A stretch of DNA of 44,406 nucleotides. Source: a virus. Taxonomy: Duplodnaviria > Heunggongvirae > Uroviricota > Caudoviricetes. Location of the stretch: the IMG/VR virus record IMGVR_UViG_3300042564_000253; one strand, 5' to 3'. The position numbers and the translations under genes were made by a program. Under the pieces are notes generated by a model. It saw only the letters and a program-made list of their open reading frames with translations. It did no database searches and was not told the DNA's origin. Shown in pieces: positions 25,609 through 33,500 of this stretch; the stretch's first letter is position 1; each line of letters opens with the position of its first letter.

Positions 25609-26926
25609 TGTTCTTCTTATTTTGTAGGTTTACAATTCTTGCGTCAATCTCTTGTATAGCTTTTAAAACAAATGCTAAGGTACAACTTATTTCCATTTGA
25701 TTTTTTGTATCAGTGGATAATTCTTTGGGAGTATTTTCAGCAATAAATCCTATTCTCTTATCCTCATCACATTGTTCTATCTCTAAATTATAAGATACTA
25801 TATCAACTTGTTTTAATAAATCCACTGCAGAAGGAGCATATGATTGGATGTTAGTCTTAGTATCTCTAGTTGATGTAATATAAAAACTAGCAGCACCTAA
25901 TGATGCAGGGGTATACCAACCTGGACCAAAGCCTGTCCAACCTGCACCTTGGTTTGCACCTTGTACAAATTGACGATAGTTATTAAAATATGTTCTATAA
26001 TTTATTGTAGGAGCTGTTGCACCAGCAAAGTTTGTAAAAACCATTGTTGGGCCTGCATTAATATTCAAGTTTTGATTATAAGAAGCAGATGTACCTGTTG
26101 GGCCTTGAGCACCTGTTGGTCCTTGACCACCTGCACCACCTTGAGGACCTTGAGCTCCAAGAGGACCTGTTGCTCCCTGAGGACCTTGTCCACCTGCTGG
26201 ACCTTGTGGTCCTGTTGGACCTGTGGCACCTGATGATCCAGATGTTCCTTGTGGACCTCTAACACCTGTAATCCCACCTGGACCTGTTGCTCCCTGAGGA
26301 CCTGTTGGTCCTTGTGGACCTGTTGCTCCATTTGTTCCAGAAGAACCTGAAACTCTACCAGCACCAGCAGCACCACTAGACCCTGAAGTTCCTGATGAAC
26401 CACTTGTGCCTGATCCACCTGATGTACCTGTGGATGCAGAACTACCACTAGATCCAGATGTACCTGTGGTTCCTGATGAACCATCTGTTCCAGAACTACC
26501 TATTACACCAGAGGTACCAGAGCTAGCTGAGGTACCTGCACTTCCACTAGAATTACTTTCTGCAGAGGTTCCACTTGTAGCAGAACTTCCTGAACTGCCA
26601 TCTGTTCCAGATGAACCAGTGGTTCCACTAGACCCACTAGAAGCACTAGTTCCACTAGATGCACTTGTGCCTGCTGTACCTGTTGTTCCAGAGGAACCAG
26701 ACGTACTAGAACTGCCATTATATCCTGTAAGAGTTGCTGTCCAGCTACTAAATGTACCTGATCCAACAGACTCATAAGGAGTAACAACTAAATCACCAGT
26801 GGAAGGATTGTAAGATACAACCCTACCAGTGATGTAGTTATTCCCATCATGAGCCACTTTGACAAAGTCATTAGTATTGAACTCTTTGTTCAGGGAAATA
26901 TTAAAAGTTAAATTACTGTAAGGCAT
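25598..26926 (-). CDS. collagen-like tail fibre with S74 chaperone
   Basis: Same architecture; STRDTKTNI...IGFIAEN...LKAIQEI. Confidence 0.9.
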   Translation of the reverse strand: MPYSNLTFNISLNKEFNTNDFVKVAHDGNNYITGRVVSYNPSTGDLVVTPYESVGSGTFSSWTATLTGYNGSSSTSGSSGTTGTAGTSASSGTSASSGSSGTTGSSGTDGSSGSSATSGTSAESNSSGSAGTSASSGTSGVIGSSGTDGSSGTTGTSGSSGSSASTGTSGGSGTSGSSGTSGSSGAAGAGRVSGSSGTNGATGPQGPTGPQGATGPGGITGVRGPQGTSGSSGATGPTGPQGPAGGQGPQGATGPLGAQGPQGGAGGQGPTGAQGPTGTSASYNQNLNINAGPTMVFTNFAGATAPTINYRTYFNNYRQFVQGANQGAGWTGFGPGWYTPASLGAASFYITSTRDTKTNIQSYAPSAVDLLKQVDIVSYNLEIEQCDEDKRIGFIAENTPKELSTDTKNQMEISCTLAFVLKAIQEIDARIVNLQNKKNNAS

Positions 26927-26935
26927 ATTTATTTA

Positions 26936-28603
26936 TTAAGCAGGAGGTAATGTTTCTGTTGTTCCACTTGTTCCTGAGTATATTGTTGTTTCACCTGATG
27001 TTGCTGCAGTTCCAGAGGAAGCACTTGTACCTGCTGAGGCACTTGTACCACTTGTTCCTGTTGTTCCACTAGATCCTGATGATGCACTTGTTCCTGAAGA
27101 AGCACTTGTTCCAGAGCTTCCATCAGTTCCTGATGTACCACTAGATCCAGATGTACCACTAGTTCCAGAAGAACCATTTGTACCTGATGTAGCATCTTGT
27201 CCACTTGTACCAGCAGATGCTGATGTACCAGCAGTACCAGATGATCCACTTAATCCTACAAAGTTAAAATAGAATTCTGTTAAGTTAGCAGGATCACTAC
27301 CACTTGCTGCAATTTGTACAACATCAAAGTTTTCAAATCCACTTACCAATGGTGTAGTGGCTGTAATCTTTAAGAATTTATAATTAGATTTATCAGTAAC
27401 GTTGGTAAGTCTAATGATAGATCCTGTTTGTAATGAGTCTAAATATGTAGATAGGTTAATATTTGGATCGTATGCAGTGTTATTAATTGCAATTGATGTA
27501 GTGCTACCTCCCCAAGATGCAGAGTCTAATGTAAAATTAGTTGATCCAGGGTTGATTGTTGTATCTTGTGTTGTATCATTGAATCTCCATATAGCTAAGT
27601 TACCATCAATACCAGCCAATCCACTTGTACCACTAGATGCAGAAGTTCCACTAGAACCATTAGTTCCACTTGTGCCACTAGTTCCACTAGTACCAGAAGA
27701 TGCACTCGTACCACTAGATCCACCAGTACCTGATGTTCCACTAGATCCATCAGTACCTGCAGTGGCAGATGATCCACTAGAGCCTGAAGTACCTGAGGTA
27801 CCATCACCTCCTGCAGCACCTCCTAAGTTAACTTCCCATACAGTATATGTACCACTACCTGAGGTAGCTGTGACATTAACAGACATTGCACCTGTAGCAG
27901 GATTGTAAGAAAGAAGATTACCACCCATAGCATTACTTGGATCATAAGCAATAACTATAGCTTGTCCTACAGTGTACGCAAGTCCTATAGAAACAGTAAA
28001 ATTCTGTGTACCTGTACCTATTGTTAATGAAGTAGCAGAAGTTGTTTTATACAAGTCTCCAGAGTTACCTGAAGTACCAGCTGTTCCTGCTGTGCCTGAA
28101 CTTCCATCAGTGCCTGCTGTTCCAGAGGTTCCAGAAGAACCATCTGTACCAGACGTTCCACTTGAAGCAGAGGTACCACTAGAGCCATCAGTACCAGTGG
28201 TACCTGACGTGCCACTAGAGCCATCTGTTCCTGTTGTACCACTTGATCCACTTGATCCACTGGTACCATTTGTACCTGAGGTTCCAGTTGTACCAGAAGA
28301 TCCATTAGAACCATCTGTTCCTGAGCTACCATCAGTACCACTAGAACCATTGGTTCCACTAGAACCATCAGTACCAGACGTACCACTTGATCCTGGAATA
28401 CCTGAACCAATTACAGTCCAAGTGTTATATGTACCACTACCAACATAGTTGGTTGGTTCAAATGTTAAACTTCCTGTAATTGAATCATATATAACCACTT
28501 GACCATATAAGAAATTATTCTCATCATTAATCACTTGGATGTACTGACCAAGAACAAAGTTCAAATTAGGTTGTACTGTTATTGTAATATTAGCGTAAGG
28601 CAT
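26936..28603 (-). CDS. fibre protein: beta domains separated by three (G-T/S-S/D)n tracts
   Basis: Two copies of the shared beta domain, one larger beta-rich domain, no S74. Confidence 0.85.
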   Translation of the reverse strand: MPYANITITVQPNLNFVLGQYIQVINDENNFLYGQVVIYDSITGSLTFEPTNYVGSGTYNTWTVIGSGIPGSSGTSGTDGSSGTNGSSGTDGSSGTDGSNGSSGTTGTSGTNGTSGSSGSSGTTGTDGSSGTSGTTGTDGSSGTSASSGTSGTDGSSGTSGTAGTDGSSGTAGTAGTSGNSGDLYKTTSATSLTIGTGTQNFTVSIGLAYTVGQAIVIAYDPSNAMGGNLLSYNPATGAMSVNVTATSGSGTYTVWEVNLGGAAGGDGTSGTSGSSGSSATAGTDGSSGTSGTGGSSGTSASSGTSGTSGTSGTNGSSGTSASSGTSGLAGIDGNLAIWRFNDTTQDTTINPGSTNFTLDSASWGGSTTSIAINNTAYDPNINLSTYLDSLQTGSIIRLTNVTDKSNYKFLKITATTPLVSGFENFDVVQIAASGSDPANLTEFYFNFVGLSGSSGTAGTSASAGTSGQDATSGTNGSSGTSGTSGSSGTSGTDGSSGTSASSGTSASSGSSGTTGTSGTSASAGTSASSGTAATSGETTIYSGTSGTTETLPPA

Positions 28604-28625
28604 TTATATTTATTTTATACGTTTA

Positions 28626-30359
28626 TTAAGGGAGAGTAGTGGTTGTAGTTGTTGTAGCTTCAGCAGGAGGAATAGTGATTGCACTACCACTTGTACCTAA
28701 TGTACTTGTTGATGTACCAGAAGTTCCTGTTGTACCTGTTGTACCAGCAGTGCCTGCTGTTCCACTAGATCCATCAGTTCCAGTTGTGCCACTTGTTCCA
28801 CTAGAGCCATCAGTGCCTGAAGTTCCTGCAGTACCTGAACTACCACTAGTTCCACTTGTACCACTGGTTCCACTTGTACCAGTTGTTCCTGAAGATCCAT
28901 CAGTACCACTTGAGCCATCTGTTCCACTAGACCCATCTGTACCAGAAGATCCAGAAGATCCACTTGATGCTGATGTACCTGAAGAACCAGATGTACCTGC
29001 AGTACCTGTAGTTCCAGTAGTACCTGATGTTCCTGTAGTACCAGATGAACCATCTGTACCACTTGATCCATCAGTTCCAGATGAACCATCAGTTCCTGTA
29101 GTTCCACTTGAACCACTTGACGCACTTGTACCAGATGAAGCAGACGTACCTGAACTCGCAGATGTACCAGAGCTACCAGAGCTTCCTGAAGTTCCAGAGC
29201 TTCCAGAACTACCTGATGTGCCTGAGCTTCCAGATGTGCCACTTGAACCATCAGTACCAGTTGTTCCACTCGTACCTGTAGTACCAGAAGATCCATCAGA
29301 TCCAGAAGTACCAGCAGTTGCAGAAGAACCTGAGGTTCCTGCTGTTCCACTAGTTCCTGTTGAGCCTGACGTACCACTTGTACCTGTAGTTCCACTTGAT
29401 CCATCAGTGCCACTTGTGCCTGCAGTTCCAGAAGAACCTGACGTTCCTGAACTAGCACTAGTTCCAGAAGAACCAGAAGTTCCTGAAGAACCATCACCAC
29501 CTGTTGCACCTTGTAAGTTTACAGACCATGCACCATATGTACCACCTCCCACTGTTAATGTAGGAGCAGTGAATTGTAATAAACCACTAACTGGTGAGTA
29601 ACTTATAACTACACTCTCTTGATAGTTACTTGAGTCATAAGCAATAAGAATTGATTGACCAGGAGTGTATGCTAAACCTATACCTACAACTATTGTTGCA
29701 CCAGTGCCTAATGTAAATGCTGTATTTGAGTTTGTTGCATATCTATCACCTGTTAATCCAGAAGAGCCAGATGTACCAGCACTTCCACTAGATCCAGAAG
29801 AAGCAGATGAACCTGACGTACCTGCAGAACCAGAGGTACCTGCAGAACCTGATGTACCACTTGAACCAGAGGAGCCTGAGCTACCACTAGTACCTGCACT
29901 ACCTGATGTACCAGAAAATCCTGAGCTACCTGATGTACCTGTTGTACCATTTGTACCAGAAGTACCAGTGGTACCATTTGTACCTGATCTACCACTAGAC
30001 CCACTAGACCCTGATGAGCCTGAAGATCCTGATGTTCCAGCAGTTCCATTTCTACCTGAACTACCAGACGTTGCTGAACTTCCACTAGAACCAGAAGATC
30101 CTGAAGATGCTGATGTACCATTGGTGCCTGACTGACCACTAGATCCTGAAACTCCATTAGTTCCATTTCTTCCAGAAGAGCCACTAGTACCAGACGTACC
30201 ATAGCCTGCTGATGCAAAGGCTGCATCAATTAACTGTAATGCAGTTTGTAAATTATCATTTGTGTTAATATGGGTGTATACAAGATAGGGGCCTTCGTAG
30301 AATACGCAGGTCGAATCCAGTATTACTGGGCAAGGGATTGCTTGGCAGGTAACGTTCAT
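28626..30359 (-). CDS. fibre protein: Cys-containing N-terminal domain, two very long (G-T/S-X)n tracts, poly-Thr C-terminus
   Basis: CQAIPCPVILDSTCVFYEG N-terminus; internal shared beta domain; ends PPAEATTTTTTTLP. Confidence 0.85.
   Translation of the reverse strand: MNVTCQAIPCPVILDSTCVFYEGPYLVYTHINTNDNLQTALQLIDAAFASAGYGTSGTSGSSGRNGTNGVSGSSGQSGTNGTSASSGSSGSSGSSATSGSSGRNGTAGTSGSSGSSGSSGSSGRSGTNGTTGTSGTNGTTGTSGSSGFSGTSGSAGTSGSSGSSGSSGTSGSAGTSGSAGTSGSSASSGSSGSAGTSGSSGLTGDRYATNSNTAFTLGTGATIVVGIGLAYTPGQSILIAYDSSNYQESVVISYSPVSGLLQFTAPTLTVGGGTYGAWSVNLQGATGGDGSSGTSGSSGTSASSGTSGSSGTAGTSGTDGSSGTTGTSGTSGSTGTSGTAGTSGSSATAGTSGSDGSSGTTGTSGTTGTDGSSGTSGSSGTSGSSGSSGTSGSSGSSGTSASSGTSASSGTSASSGSSGTTGTDGSSGTDGSSGTDGSSGTTGTSGTTGTTGTAGTSGSSGTSASSGSSGSSGTDGSSGTDGSSGTDGSSGTTGTSGTSGTSGTSGSSGTAGTSGTDGSSGTSGTTGTDGSSGTAGTAGTTGTTGTSGTSTSTLGTSGSAITIPPAEATTTTTTTLP
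28680..29510 (-). repeat. longest Gly-X-Y ([12 protein letters not shown]) coding tract, codon-degenerate 9-bp period
   Basis: Visible periodic accac/ttcctga/gtacc units; boundaries approximate. Confidence 0.9.
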
Positions 30360-30410
30360 GTTTTTAGATTGTAATGTTATAACAATTTTTTGCTATACAT
30401 ATGTGTATGA

Positions 30411-30455
30411 TATACAAGAAGGTGCATAACTAGCCATAGCATATGCACCTGTATA
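30411..30455 (-). promoter_or_regulatory. long hairpin at the predicted 5' leader of the fibre operon
   Basis: tatac/gtata (5 bp), aggtgcata/tatgcacct (9 bp) and inner cta/tag (3 bp). Confidence 0.4.
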
Positions 30456-30457
30456 AG

Positions 30458-30465
30458 CAAAAATA
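30458..30465 (-). promoter_or_regulatory. Bacteroidota -7 element (TATTTTTG)
   Basis: TAnnTTTG in the intergenic gap upstream of the fibre operon. Confidence 0.45.
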
Positions 30466-30524
30466 GTGAATTTAATTTATTTTCAATGAGTTAGGAAAAG
30501 TATTACTACATAATATAGCAATAA

Positions 30525-33500
30525 CTATCTAACAAATCCATATTGTGCTTGGGCCCTAATTCCTAAGTCTTTAGCTGCTTGAGGATAGAACATTGGTAGC
30601 CAAGATGCAAACTGATTCAAACCAGGAACAGCTTTCATACCATACTTGATTACAAAGTTTTTATCTGCAGCTTTTTCATCTCCTGTAACTATGTAGTAGT
30701 TTTCTAACATGAAATTGTTAAAGAACTTTGCATAGTTTTCAATAAGACCTTTTGCTGGGAAGAAACCTTGTGAAACTAGATTAAGTATGCTTGTAGGATT
30801 ATAGAAATATAAAAGCTCATCCTTAAGTTTATCTGTTGCTTTGACAAAGAATCTGTGTTGGTTTTTGCTAAGTTCATCATCATCTGGAGCGTATGCTTTA
30901 ACTCCAGCATATAAAGAAACTAATGTTAATAAGAAGATGGTATCAAGTAACTGAGCCTTAACGTTCTTTACATTTAAATCCATGAATGCCACTTCATCCA
31001 TTTCTAGTTCCTTACCTGTATCTGATTCATAGTCAGCCTTTTTCTTTTCAAAAAGCTTTCTCATAAAGTCTACACCTTTCTCATTACCTTGTAGTGTGTT
31101 GTATAGATTTGATAATGAACCTCTTACATCTTCAGACATAATTCTAAATACATTTCTCATTCTTCCCCACTCATAGGCATCAGATCCAGCGTTGAATTTC
31201 AAGTTACCATATCTTACATCTACAAGTCTAGGAATCCAGTTCTTAAATAACATAAAAGACTTACCATATATATTTAGGTTGATCTTTCTAATATCATCTT
31301 CAGATAAGTTACCTAATGCAGCTTTACTTAAAGACTGCACTTTTCTTCTTAGTTCTAATACGCTATCAGAAGATCTTTCTACACCAGGAATTTCTAATTT
31401 ACCATCTTTAATAGTAGCAACCTTCATGATTCCTTTATCTTCAATTAGCTTTTTAACATCATCTTCAAACTTCTGTTTGAAAGCTTTTTGTTCTTCAGCT
31501 GTTCCTTGATATTTCTTTTGATAATCTGGTTGCTTTCTTAAATACTCTCTAGCATTTACCACCTCACCATCTACTATAATAGTATTACTTAAGAAGCTAA
31601 AGAAGTTAGCTGACTGTACATACAAGTCTGACTTTCTCATTAAGATCATTAAAAACTCTTGAATATTCTCCTGACTTAACTTACTAATAGACAGTGTCTT
31701 AGCAATTTCTTTATTGTAATTATCTGTTAAAGGAAGGAAGTATTCTAATGCTGCAATTCTCTTATCCTTATCATTACCAGTCATCTTACCTAACGTCATC
31801 CAATACTCAGTGGCTGCAAACTCTTCATGTGTAAAGTATGTACCAGCATTGATAATAGACTGAGCTGTACCACCAAATAAGTTAGAAAGAGCTGATAGAA
31901 CGTTGAATCCTAATGCATTAATTTGATATGTATTATTAATTTGATTAAGTACCTTGTTTACGCTGAACTGTCTACTAGCTATGTTCTCTGGAAATATTCT
32001 ACTATTAATACCTAATTTAGCAAGACCATTATTAAGCGATTCACCAAAGTTACCCATCTTACCTAATAACTGATCAAAGGTTTCGCTTTCTATATACTTC
32101 TGTCCATACACAATACCCTTTACCATATCTTCTAATAGCTGAGTGTTCTCAGTGTTATCTGGTGTATATTCTAACTCACCTTTTTCATTTGTTATAGTCT
32201 TGCCATATCTAGATGTAGCAATAGCTTTCTTGTTTCTTTCTACACTAATAAGTAATCTAGCTTGTGCTTCTATATCAGACATTTGTTTAAACTTAATAGC
32301 CATCTCATTATAAAGAGCCATGTTTCTAAACAAGTCTGTACTATAATCTGTTTCTAGTTCTCTAGTTAAATAGATTGGAACTCTGTTCACTGGTCTACCT
32401 GTTAGAGGATCAGTCTCACCATATCCTAAATCACCTTCATCTACAGATATGTTTCTTAAGAACTGTTCACCTATAGCTATCTTACCACCAAAGATTAACT
32501 TCTCCATCATTCCTTTTCTAACCCAAGGAAGGAACACCCTTGCTTCTTTTGCGTGGATATATCCAATAGATTGGTAGTAGTTATTTCTTTCTATAATGTA
32601 ATCATAGAAATCTTTAGCTGGTTTAACGTTCTTAAGTTCTTTCCATTCAGCAGATTCCCATTTCTCTTTAGGAAACTTTTTGATAAGATCATATTGTAAC
32701 CACCCAAGACCTTCAGTTGTAGAAGTGTCATACATTCTTTCAGCTTTAGTAATCTCTTGCTGAATAGCTTTTTCTCTTGCTTCTCCTTCTTCTACTCTAG
32801 CCTTTTCATTAATGTATTCAGTTTCTTTCTCAAGTCTTTCTTTTAAGAACTTATTATATTCAGAAATATCAATATTGTCTTTAATCCAATCAAAGTTTTT
32901 CTCACCTACATTTTTAGTAAGTTCTTTATAAAACTGAGGATCATATTGATCAATTAATTTATTCTCTCCTTTCTTCATCAAGATATCAAAGTAGTTCTTA
33001 GGAACAAGTCCTTTAGACTTAGCCCATTCTTCATATGCAGTTTGAAGAGTTTGTAACTTTTTAGTTTCATCAAGTGTTTGTTGAGCACCTATACCAAATG
33101 CTTTATTTGCCATTCTATATAAAACCTGTATAGCCTTAACCTGTGTTATTGATGTAGAAGAAAACCACTTGGCAAACCCTCTAACAATCTTCTCAGGTTT
33201 AAGTATATCAGATATACCTTGTCTATTAGCAACAATTTTATCAGCAAACTCATCCATTACTTCTAGTAGTTCTGTGTTTAGATCCCTAGCATTATCAGCA
33301 GCATCTCTTAAGTCTTCTCTTAATTTCTTATCTTCTTCAGATAACTCTCCTTGGAATAAGAATTTAAGATCTGTATCTAATGTAGCATAAGTTTGAATAG
33401 CTTCTTGTGCTCCTATAATTGAATCAGTGAATTCATCTATTTCTTCCATAGAGAAAGACTTAGGATCTGTACCTTTCCATTTACTATTATATGTATCAAT

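Noticed and set aside
28639-30135. Long plus-strand ORFs rich in VPEVPLEP/PDVP (also 23231, 25217, 26406, 27402, 27972, 8194)
   Set aside because: They are exact antisense shadows of the GTS/GSS repeats, whose reverse-complement codons lack stops; they have no independent start context.
23073-30229. Same-strand alternative-frame ORFs rich in L/V/Q (e.g. 24741..25376, 28697..29509)
   Set aside because: Frame-shifted read-through of the low-complexity repeats; no slippery site or coupling signal seen.
22627-30359. Periodic DNA that might be a CRISPR array or a diversity-generating retroelement target
   Set aside because: The period is 9 bp, degenerate and in-frame coding, with no repeat-spacer structure. 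There is no reverse transcriptase or template/variable repeat pair in the window.
26936-30359. Ice-nucleation or antifreeze function of the Thr/Ser/Gly repeats
   Set aside because: The repeats lack the AGYGSTxT octapeptide of ice-nucleation proteins and regular TxT ladders; resemblance is compositional only.
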